Source: Hyphomicrobiales bacterium (lineage in GTDB: Bacteria; Pseudomonadota; Alphaproteobacteria; Rhizobiales; Beijerinckiaceae). From it: DNA of 64,000 nt. A program made the translations under genes and the position numbers. This document shows positions 8,688-16,042 of the stretch, one piece after another. The stretch is taken from positions 13,269 to 77,268 of the forward strand of contig JAIXSR010000054.1 of the NCBI GenBank assembly GCA_027484605.1, read 5' to 3'. The notes under the pieces were generated by a model, which was given only the letters and a program-made list of their open reading frames with translations, was not told the DNA's origin and made no database searches. Each line of letters opens with the position of its first letter. Position 1 is the stretch's first letter.

Positions 8688-9532
8688 GCCCGCTCCGCGA
8701 ACCGCATGCCCGCCGGAAGACGGGCAAGGAACCGGCCCGGGAGCGAGCCGGCGGGATGCCCGCCGCCGCCGCGGATCCGCGCGAGCTCTCGCGCCTGCTC
8801 GCCCGGCTTGCCGAGCCCGGCATGCATGTGGAAGCGCAGCGCGGGTGGCTGGTCTTCCGGGATGCCCGCCGCCGCGTCTCGCTGGCCAGCCGGTTCCCGG
8901 CCAGCCTGCTGCAGCCGCTGCTGGCGGCCGGCGCGATCCGTGCCCTGCCGGGCGGGTGCCATGCCATCACCCCGGAGGGCAGGTCGAGGCTGGCGCGCGA
9001 GGCTGCCGGCGAGGTGGCGGCCCAGCATCGCGAGCTGGAATTCCGGCCGGACCCTGCCCGGCCGGGCGGGATGGTCGCCGTCAACCTGCGGGAGGACCCC
9101 CTGCAGATGCTGCGGCGGCATGGCCGGATGGCGCATCTCGTCGGCCCGGCCGAGATCGAGGCCGGCCTCCGCCTGCGGAAGGATATCCGCCTCGCCGGCA
9201 CGATTCCCGCCATCACGATGGACTGGACCCGGCCCGCCGTGGATGGTTCGGGCGGCGATGGCCTCGCCATGAGTGATCTGGTCGTCGCGGCGCGGCAGCG
9301 CGTCGACCGGGCCCTCCGGGCGGTGGGGCCGGATTTCTCCGGCATCCTCGTCGATATCTGCGGCTTCGGCAAAGGGCTGGAGCGGCTGGAACGCGAGCAG
9401 GCCCTGCCGGTCCGTTCGGGCAAGATCGCGCTGGCCTTCGCCCTGAGGATGCTGGCCCGCCATTACGGGCTCGGCAACCTGGCGACCGGTGCTCCGGCGG
9501 GGCGGATCCAGTCGGTCACGTTCGGCGGATAA
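8684..9532 (+). CDS. Candidate GafZ-type GTA activator/anti-terminator subunit (DUF6456-like)
   Basis: ATGA overlap with the preceding ORF, with GGGAGAGG upstream. 282 aa ending in ...ILVDICGFGKGLERLEREQALPVRSGKIALAFALRMLARHYGL, an HTH-like segment I recall from the GafA C-terminal half and GafZ. Family assignment is from memory, not searched. Confidence 0.55.
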   Translation: MSPLREPHARRKTGKEPARERAGGMPAAAADPRELSRLLARLAEPGMHVEAQRGWLVFRDARRRVSLASRFPASLLQPLLAAGAIRALPGGCHAITPEGRSRLAREAAGEVAAQHRELEFRPDPARPGGMVAVNLREDPLQMLRRHGRMAHLVGPAEIEAGLRLRKDIRLAGTIPAITMDWTRPAVDGSGGDGLAMSDLVVAARQRVDRALRAVGPDFSGILVDICGFGKGLERLEREQALPVRSGKIALAFALRMLARHYGLGNLATGAPAGRIQSVTFGG

Positions 9533-9544
9533 CGGCCTGCCCGG

Positions 9545-9964
9545 TCAGGTGGCGCGGCCGGCTTCGGCCTTGATCCGCGCCACCATCGACGCGAGGCCAT
9601 TCGCACGCTGCGAGGTCAGGTGGTCGCGCAACCCGATCTCGGCGAAGAAGGCCTGCGCATCCGTCGCCGCGATCTCGGCCGGCGGCCGGTTCGAGAACAT
9701 CGCGATCACGAGCGCGACCAGCCCCTTGACGATCAGCGCATCGCTGTCGCCGCGTATGGCGAGCCGCCCCGTGGCCGGGTCCCGGTCCATCATCAGCCAG
9801 ACCTGGCTGGCACAGCCGGGCACCTTGTAGGCGTCGGTATAGGCCCCCGCCGGCAGGGCTGGCAGCGTCTTGCCGAGATCGATGAGATAGCGGTAGCGAT
9901 CATCCCATTCGTCGAGGAAAGCGAGATCGTCGCGGATGGTCTGGAGCGCGGCGGGGATATCCAT
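9545..9964 (-). CDS. sufE: SufE-family cysteine desulfuration (sulfur acceptor) protein
   Basis: MDIPAALQTIRDDLAFLDEWDDRYRYLIDLGKTLPALP...KVPGCASQVWL...GDSDALIVKGLVAL. Conserved Cys in the PGCxSxVW motif. Confidence 0.9.
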   Translation of the reverse strand: MDIPAALQTIRDDLAFLDEWDDRYRYLIDLGKTLPALPAGAYTDAYKVPGCASQVWLMMDRDPATGRLAIRGDSDALIVKGLVALVIAMFSNRPPAEIAATDAQAFFAEIGLRDHLTSQRANGLASMVARIKAEAGRAT

Positions 9965-9995
9965 GCCGGTCACCTGTCGCGCGCCGGCGGGAAGG

Positions 9996-10313
9996 TCAAG
10001 CCCCTTTTCGTGCCGCCACGGGCCCGGGCCGTCGCGGGGGCAGGGGAAGGCCCTCGACGATCCGGCGCTCGGGCTCGGCCATCGGCGGGGCGGGGGGGGC
10101 CGCCGCGGCCGGGCCGGTGGCCGGGGCCAGGGCCGCGCCCGCCCGCCTTGCCGCCTCGGCGCAGAGTGCCGGCTTCTCCTGGCACAGGCCGATCGCCCGG
10201 GCGGGCAATTGCTCCGCCGCCATCCGGATCTCTGATTCGGTCTGCCGCCGGTCTTCCGCCGGAACGGTGACGTAGTAGAGCGCGGCAATCGCCAAGGTGG
10301 CACGCCAGAACAT
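9996..10313 (-). CDS. Small exported/membrane hypothetical protein (DUF5330-like)
   Basis: MFWRATLAIAALYYVTVPAEDRRQTESEIRMAAEQLPARAIGLCQEKPALCAEAARR... Strong G/C at third positions. The start at CAT 10311-10313 leaves an N-terminal hydrophobic helix. The family name is tentative. Confidence 0.5.
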   Translation of the reverse strand: MFWRATLAIAALYYVTVPAEDRRQTESEIRMAAEQLPARAIGLCQEKPALCAEAARRAGAALAPATGPAAAAPPAPPMAEPERRIVEGLPLPPRRPGPVAARKGA

Positions 10314-10527
10314 GGTGCTTCTCCCATCCCGCAGGCAGGATAGGGCCAAGCCGTCGCGATCCCGTTGGCAATTTTCGTCGAATTTTACCGATCTGGCCTT
10401 TCTTTCGGGCCCGGAAGTGCTTCGCCGGGCGCTGCCCGATCCCGGAGAGAGGTTGTTCACCATAGTCGCGGAAAGGCGGGGCCAGGGCCGTGACAGCCGG
10501 CGAAACAGGGCCGTGCCGGGCGTCATC

Positions 10528-10542
10528 TTAGCACCCGTTTAA
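10528..10542 (+). promoter_or_regulatory. CtrA-box-like site with one mismatch (TTAG-N7-TTAA)
   Basis: TTAGCACCCGTTTAA lies 14 nt upstream of ATG 10556. It shares the extended motif CTTA(A)GCACC..TTAAGA with the perfect box at 13487-13501. Confidence 0.35.
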
Positions 10543-10555
10543 GATCGCCCGACGC

Positions 10556-12247
10556 ATGGTCGGCATCGGGGAAAAGGACCAAACAGAACGGGACGCGACG
10601 GGCCGAATGACGATCGACTGGACCCAGACCTTGATGGGCAATTCCGCCCTCGCCATCCACGGCGGGTCGGGGCTTGCCGCGTCGCTGGCCGGGCGGCGCC
10701 TGCTGGGCGTCCTGGCCGGGTCGCTCGCCATGGGCCTTTCGCTGGCCACGTTGCCCTTCCGTGGCCTCACCGATGTCCTGCCCGAATGGATCGGCCTCAG
10801 CGGCGTGCTGGCCGCCTCGGTCTGCGGCTTCGTCCTGCTCTCGCGCGAACGGCCCGTCACCCAGATGGCCGGCCTGTTCAGCGGCCTTCTCGTCCTGCCC
10901 TTCGCCGCCTTTGCCGGCGTGGAATTCACGATCATCGCCCTGCTTTCGCTGCTGGCCGCTGCTCTCGGGCTGGCCGACTGGCTCGCCCTGCAGCAGCGTC
11001 CGGTCCCGGCGCGCCTCGTGGCCGGCACGGCCGTTCTGGCCACCATCGCCTGTTTCCTTCAGGGCCCGCTGGATCTGGCTTCCGTCGCCCCGGCCATGGC
11101 CATGGCGATGCCGCTGGCGCTTGCCGCCTTCCGGCAGCCGCCCGTCGCCGCGCCCGTCGCCATGCCCGATCCCGGCCGCCGGCTCGGCCGGCTGGAGGCC
11201 TTGAACGGATTGCTTGTGCGCGACGCCGCCCGCCAGGTCCTGGTGGTCGACCAGGTCGGCGGTCTTGAAGCCGCAGGCGAGGCGCCGTTCCGCCGCCACC
11301 TGCTCGAGGCGCAATTCCCCGAAGGCTCGATCATCGCCGCCACGCTGATCGCCGACCGCGTCCCGCTTCTGCAGGCCCTGTCGCGGGCCATCCATGAGGG
11401 CCAGCCGACGGAGGGCCTCGCGCTGCGCCTGCGCCGTGATCCCGCCGGCGCCGGCTTCCCGATGCCGCCGCGCTTCGATCGCTATGCCTGCGCCGTGGCG
11501 CCGCTCCCGAACGAGCCCGGCCTTGCCGCCTTCCTCTTCGAGCCGGCGGACAGCGCCGCCGCCGAGGCGCCCCCGGCCCGCAAGGTCGATTCCGCCCTGC
11601 TCGCGCGCGCCCTGCATGACAGCGTTGCCCCGTTCAATGCCGGCCTGGGCTTTCTCGAGATGATCGCCGATCCGCGGCTCGCCCCGCGCGATCCCGCCTC
11701 CTGGCGCGATTTCGCCGCCGAGGCGCACAAGGCGATCGGCGAGGCCCATCGCAACACCCATCTCATGGGCCGCTGGCTCCGCGCCATCCAGGACGGGCCG
11801 GACGAGCAGGCCGACATCCTGCCGCACCGGCTTCTTTCCGATGCCATCCGCGCGCTCAACCTCCGGGATGCGCAGGACAAGGGCCTGCTCGCCGTCACGG
11901 CTCCGGCCGGCCTGCCGGCCGCACGGCTGCCGCTTCCGGCAGCGCGCTTTGCGGTGGAGATCATGCTGCGCCGGGCCATGGCCCGCGAAGGCGCACGCCT
12001 CGAATGGCTGCGCGAGGGGCCCGATCTTCTGGTGGTCTGCCATGGCGCGCCCTCGGGTGAAGCGCTGCCGGTCGATCCCTTCGAAGCAGCCCTCTGCCAG
12101 GCCCTGGCCGATGAAAGCCGGATCGGCTTCTCGGGATCGGGCAGGCAGGATCTGACCTTGCGCTTTGCCGGCGCCTATGCGGGGCGGCTGCCGGTGGCAA
12201 TCGACAACGGGACCATCGGGGAAGAGCCGGTCCGCATCGCGGGTTGA
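10556..12247 (+). CDS. Polytopic membrane protein with a HisKA-like H-box and a degenerate ATPase domain (histidine-kinase-like)
   Basis: About 6 N-terminal hydrophobic helices. H-box-like LARALHDSVAPFNAGLGFLEMI. In the C-terminal 150 aa I cannot find recognisable N, G1 or G2 boxes. The start could instead be ATG 10607 or 10634. Confidence 0.55.
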   Translation: MVGIGEKDQTERDATGRMTIDWTQTLMGNSALAIHGGSGLAASLAGRRLLGVLAGSLAMGLSLATLPFRGLTDVLPEWIGLSGVLAASVCGFVLLSRERPVTQMAGLFSGLLVLPFAAFAGVEFTIIALLSLLAAALGLADWLALQQRPVPARLVAGTAVLATIACFLQGPLDLASVAPAMAMAMPLALAAFRQPPVAAPVAMPDPGRRLGRLEALNGLLVRDAARQVLVVDQVGGLEAAGEAPFRRHLLEAQFPEGSIIAATLIADRVPLLQALSRAIHEGQPTEGLALRLRRDPAGAGFPMPPRFDRYACAVAPLPNEPGLAAFLFEPADSAAAEAPPARKVDSALLARALHDSVAPFNAGLGFLEMIADPRLAPRDPASWRDFAAEAHKAIGEAHRNTHLMGRWLRAIQDGPDEQADILPHRLLSDAIRALNLRDAQDKGLLAVTAPAGLPAARLPLPAARFAVEIMLRRAMAREGARLEWLREGPDLLVVCHGAPSGEALPVDPFEAALCQALADESRIGFSGSGRQDLTLRFAGAYAGRLPVAIDNGTIGEEPVRIAG

Positions 12248-13098
12248 TGCGGGACCGACAGGGGGTAGTGACCATGAAGCAACGGAACCGGGCCCAGGAT
12301 CACCGGATGCCGGAGGACGAGGATCGGCCGCGCCGTGCGCGGCGCCGGCTCGTCACGGGCGGACGCGTGGTGGCCGCCCTGGCCTGCCTGTTCGGCGGGA
12401 CGATCATCGTCAATGCGGTGATGATGCAGAACGAGAAGCACCCGACGCCTTTGTTCCGCAACGCGATCCGCGAGGCGGAATCCTTCCCCACGCCGCCGGC
12501 CCGCCCGGACAATGCCCCCCGCCAGGCGGCCCTCGGCCAGACCGCGGCCCCGCCGGTCCGTCCCGCGCCGGTTCCGGCCGCGCCTGCTGCCCCGGCTGCG
12601 GCGAAACCGGCCGAGACGCCCGCCGCTGCCGCCCCGTCCGATCCGCTTCTGGCGGATATCCAGCGCGAACTGGTCCGGCGCGGTTTCTACAAGGGCGAGG
12701 TCCATGGCCGCCCCGGCCCGGCCACCAACCAGGCGATCCGCGACTACCAGTTCTCCCAGCGCGTCCCGGTCGATGGCAAGCCGAGCGAGGCCCTGCTGAA
12801 GGACCTGCAGACCGCCTCCCGCGCGGCCATGCGCGACGAACTGGCCGACCTGCTCAAGCGCAACGGCGCCGAACGCCCGGCCACGGAAGACAAGCCCAGC
12901 CGGACGGTGCTCGATGTCCAGCGCGCGCTGAACAAGGCGGGCTATGGCCCGCTGACCGAGGATGGCCAGATGGGCCCCTCGACCCGCAACGCGCTGGCGA
13001 AATTCGAGGCCGATCGCAAGCTGCCCCCGCGCGGCGAGGTGAAGGGGCCGGTGCTGAAGCTGCTGGCCTCGACCACCGGCATTCCCATCAGCCCGTAA
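12247..13098 (+). CDS. Membrane-anchored protein with two peptidoglycan-binding (PG_binding_1) repeats
   Basis: TM segment VVAALACLFGGTIIVNAV and a Pro/Ala linker. Two repeats: IQRELVRRGFYKGEVHGRPGPATNQAIRDYQF... and VQRALNKAGYGPLTEDGQMGPSTRNALAKFE... Confidence 0.8.
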   Translation: MRDRQGVVTMKQRNRAQDHRMPEDEDRPRRARRRLVTGGRVVAALACLFGGTIIVNAVMMQNEKHPTPLFRNAIREAESFPTPPARPDNAPRQAALGQTAAPPVRPAPVPAAPAAPAAAKPAETPAAAAPSDPLLADIQRELVRRGFYKGEVHGRPGPATNQAIRDYQFSQRVPVDGKPSEALLKDLQTASRAAMRDELADLLKRNGAERPATEDKPSRTVLDVQRALNKAGYGPLTEDGQMGPSTRNALAKFEADRKLPPRGEVKGPVLKLLASTTGIPISP

Positions 13099-13099
13099 G

Positions 13100-13453
13100 A
13101 TGCGGCTGACCAGCGACTTCTTCGTCTCCGCCTATCTCCGCCGCGCTGCCATCGAGGGCGCTTTCGGGGCCCTGCGCCGCCGCGGCGGCACCGAGGCCGG
13201 CACGATCTTCGTCGTGGTCGACCATCTCGACGGCACGGCCGCGCTCTATGGCCCCGCCCCGATGTCGAGCTATGCCGGCAAGCCCGAAGACCGCGTCTTC
13301 ACCCGGCTCCATGCCGCGCCCGTCCTCGAACGGCCCGCTATCGAGGCCAGGCTCGAGAAGGAAATCCGCTTCGATCCGGATTGCTGGATCGTCGAGATCG
13401 AGGACCGCCAGGGCCGCCATTTCCTCGACCCGGTGATCGAGCCGGGCAGCTGA
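13100..13453 (+). CDS. DUF1491-family protein
   Basis: MRLTSDFFVSAYLRRAAIEGAFGALRRRGGTEAGTIFVVVDHLDG... matches my recollection of the conserved alphaproteobacterial DUF1491 proteins. Confidence 0.75.
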   Translation: MRLTSDFFVSAYLRRAAIEGAFGALRRRGGTEAGTIFVVVDHLDGTAALYGPAPMSSYAGKPEDRVFTRLHAAPVLERPAIEARLEKEIRFDPDCWIVEIEDRQGRHFLDPVIEPGS

Positions 13454-13486
13454 CGCACCGGCGGCCGGCCCGTTTCGGCACGCCCC

Positions 13487-13501
13487 TTAAGCACCTCTTA
13501 A
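13487..13501 (+). promoter_or_regulatory. Perfect CtrA box TTAA-N7-TTAA
   Basis: TTAAGCACCTCTTAA lies 78 nt upstream of ATG 13579. A GANTC (GATTC, 13534-13538) sits between the box and the ORF. TTAA tetramers are rare in this GC-rich window. Confidence 0.5.
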
Positions 13502-13578
13502 GACATTGCCCGCAATTTCCTTGTGAGAGGGGTGATTCGACGCCGCCAGCCGGCATGCGGTTTCCCCTCCGAAGGAGA

Positions 13579-13782
13579 ATGGCCATGGGCGAACTGATCC
13601 GCTTCCGGCCTCGTCAAGGGGCCAAACCGGGCACGCTGCCGGCGGGTGATCCGCAGGGCATCGGCATGTCCGGCGCACGCATCCTGCTTTTTACCGGCGT
13701 TCGCTATGAACGCCACGACGACCCCCCCGCTCGCGCCCCGAAAAGCCAGAGCCCCCGCTCCGGCCGGCGCAAGCGCGCGTAA
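13579..13782 (+). CDS. Small basic hypothetical protein (67 aa)
   Basis: GAAGGAGA SD directly upstream of ATG 13579. MAMGELIRFRPRQGAKPGTLP...ARILLFTGVRYERHDDPP...SGRRKRA. Confidence 0.5.
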   Translation: MAMGELIRFRPRQGAKPGTLPAGDPQGIGMSGARILLFTGVRYERHDDPPARAPKSQSPRSGRRKRA

Positions 13783-13919
13783 CCTTGCGTAACCCGTTCC
13801 GGCCCTGAGCCCGCTTGCCGGCGCGACAGGGAAAGCCCAACCGCATGCGCGCGGTGGGCCCGCCATCGCGCGTGTTTCCGCACGCCCGGTCCGGCGTGGC
13901 CTGCCGGCGAGGAGGCCCG

Positions 13920-14786
13920 ATGCTGCCTGTTTCTGCCCTGATCCCCCGTCCCGTCCGCGCAACCGGCCTTGCCGCGATCCTCGCGCTGCCGCTTCTGGCC
14001 TGCATGCCGACGACCGGGGATTTCGGCCGGCCGCAGCAGGGCTTCACCAATGATGTGCTGCTGCCCTTCTCCGGCACGGTGGGGGCGCGGATGCGCGGCG
14101 AGCCCGCCTCCTATTACGCCTATACCGAGGACGAGAAGGAACTGCGCAACCGCGCCTGGAATTTCCTGATGCCGGAAACCGATGCCCCGCGCGGCACCTG
14201 GCAGGAGCGCAACCTCGCTTTCCATCGCGTCATTCCGCCGCGCGAGCATGATGTCACGCTCTACCACCGGACGATCATGGGCGGGCCGCAATTCGGCGCC
14301 CGGAACGATTCCCCGATCCTCCGCCGGGTCAGCAATCCCGGCCATGCCTTCTCCTCGCTGGTCTCGCGCTACAACCGCGTGAAGGACACGATTGCCGCCG
14401 ACCACGCGCTGGTGCCGCATTTCCGGCTGGTGGCCACGCAGGTCATCCAGGCCGACCATGTGAGGGCGCGCAGCCTCTCCCATGTCGGCCATCTCACCGA
14501 GGAGCAGCGCAACGAGGCGCTGGAGCGGATCTGCGAGAATGCGCTGATCATCGCCCGGGTGAACTGGTCCTTCTATGACCGCGCCGCGCAATATCGCTAT
14601 TCCCTCGAGCATCTGCTCGTCGAGGGCCCGGAACGCGAGGCCATCCCCTCGGAACGCACGCTGATGGCTTTCGAGGCGGATATCGGCCGCTTCACCAAGG
14701 GCACGATGCAGATCCCCGGCCATTGCCTGCGCGAGGTCGAGATGCCGCCGGTCATGACTCCGCGCCCGCTCGTCCGCAAGGGCTGA
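13920..14786 (+). CDS. Hypothetical lipoprotein
   Basis: GGAGG SD then MLPVSALIPRPVRATGLAAILALPLLAC: a signal peptide with a lipobox (LLAC). The rest is non-repetitive and coding-like. I recognise no family. Confidence 0.6.
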   Translation: MLPVSALIPRPVRATGLAAILALPLLACMPTTGDFGRPQQGFTNDVLLPFSGTVGARMRGEPASYYAYTEDEKELRNRAWNFLMPETDAPRGTWQERNLAFHRVIPPREHDVTLYHRTIMGGPQFGARNDSPILRRVSNPGHAFSSLVSRYNRVKDTIAADHALVPHFRLVATQVIQADHVRARSLSHVGHLTEEQRNEALERICENALIIARVNWSFYDRAAQYRYSLEHLLVEGPEREAIPSERTLMAFEADIGRFTKGTMQIPGHCLREVEMPPVMTPRPLVRKG

Positions 14787-14792
14787 GGGCAA

Positions 14793-14871
14793 CCCCTCAC
14801 GCGGCCTGCCCCTCGCCCCGCTTGCGGGGAGAGGGTGGTCGAGGGCAGAGCCCGCGACCGGGTGAGGGGGC
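14793..14871 (+). repeat. REP-like palindromic element, copy D (subfamily 1, with both inverted ends)
   Basis: CCCCTCAC...CCTCGCCCCGCTTGCGGGGAGAGGGTGGTCGAGGGCAGAGCCCGCGACCGGGTGAGGGGGC. The ends CCCCTCAC and GTGAGGGG are inverted repeats. Lies between convergent stops. Confidence 0.8.
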
Positions 14872-14899
14872 CCGGTTCGCGATCACCCACGCCGCACCC

Positions 14900-15457
14900 C
14901 TAATCCGGCAGGATCTCGCTCTCGCAGCGGGCGGCGCGCAGCACCTCCTGGGCCCGGGACCGGCTGCTCGGCCGGTCGACGAAGACCTTCAGGATCGCCA
15001 CGCCCGTCAGACGCCGGGCGGTGATGCGGATTTCCTCGATCGCCTGCTCCTCGTCATCGAGCCGGGTGATCCGGTCAAGCTGGGCCTGCGTCGCCACGAC
15101 AAGATCGAGGCTTCCGCCGGTGGCGGCCCGGTCGGAGACCGACGCATAGATGCCGCGATGCCGCTCGGCGAGGCTGATCGAGAGGAAGGTTTCCGAGAGC
15201 GGCACGCGCAGGCGCACCGGCCCGCCGCTCAGGTCATAATGGCAGACGGCCATCGCCACGGCCGGGTCGACCAGCGGCAGGCCCTTCATGTCCTCCGCAT
15301 CGATCAGCGCGATGCTGTTCGTGGCCGCACCCCGTTCGAGCCGGGAGAAGATGTCATCCCTGGTGCCGAAGGGCAGGATGAACAGGCTGGTGATATGCGC
15401 CAGAGCCGCCATCAGCACGAAAACGAGGGCAAGCAGGGTAGCCGGCATCACAGGCAC
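14900..15457 (-). CDS. Membrane-anchored hypothetical protein (DUF1254-like; partner of the next gene)
   Basis: 185 aa with N-terminal TM LLALVFVLMAALAHITSLFIL. Overlaps the upstream gene by 10 nt. Family name tentative. Confidence 0.5.
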   Translation of the reverse strand: MPVMPATLLALVFVLMAALAHITSLFILPFGTRDDIFSRLERGAATNSIALIDAEDMKGLPLVDPAVAMAVCHYDLSGGPVRLRVPLSETFLSISLAERHRGIYASVSDRAATGGSLDLVVATQAQLDRITRLDDEEQAIEEIRITARRLTGVAILKVFVDRPSSRSRAQEVLRAARCESEILPD

Positions 15458-16026
15458 CGGATCCGGCTGAGCCGCGGAATGGTGCGCGGGTCAAGCTGCG
15501 TCGCCGTCGCGGCGAGCGGCGTCTCGTACAGCCGGACGATGACCTGGATCTCCTGCGCCTCGCGCCCGGTCGGCAGCCAGTTGCCCGGCAGGGGCTCGGG
15601 CCCGATCTCGATCGTGAACGGCCCTTCCGCCGGCCGGACAATCTCGGCCGAGGTGAACCCGTGCCGCTCCGCGAGGTTGGGAATCAGCCGGCCGGCATCG
15701 TCGGCAAGCGTCACCGTCCAGTAGCGGGCGGCCGGGAACGGCGCCCAGAGCCGGTATTCGCAGCGCGAGGACAGGGTGTTGCCGTCGCTGTCGGCCCGGG
15801 CCCGCAGGGCGAAGCCCTCGCCGGCGGCGAGCGGCAGCTCGCCCTCGTAGAACATCCGCGCCCGGGTATAGGGGTCGATCTCCGGCGCGCCCTGCCGGGG
15901 CAGGAAGATCCAGCCCCCGGTCAGCCGGTGGGGAAAGGCATTCTGGCCGGCCACGGCGAGGAAGGTCAGGGCTCCGCCGCTGGCCAGCCCCGCCAGGGCC
16001 ACGATCAGGAGAAGCAGCAGGCGCAT
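15448..16026 (-). CDS. DUF1214-like exported protein
   Basis: 192 aa. Signal/TM MRLLLLLIVALAGLASGG, then ...DPYTRARMFYEGELPLAAGEGFALRA...RYWTVTLAD...GNWLPTG..., as I recall for DUF1214. Confidence 0.55.
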   Translation of the reverse strand: MRLLLLLIVALAGLASGGALTFLAVAGQNAFPHRLTGGWIFLPRQGAPEIDPYTRARMFYEGELPLAAGEGFALRARADSDGNTLSSRCEYRLWAPFPAARYWTVTLADDAGRLIPNLAERHGFTSAEIVRPAEGPFTIEIGPEPLPGNWLPTGREAQEIQVIVRLYETPLAATATQLDPRTIPRLSRIRCL

Positions 16027-16042
16027 GATCCGGGGCAGGCCC

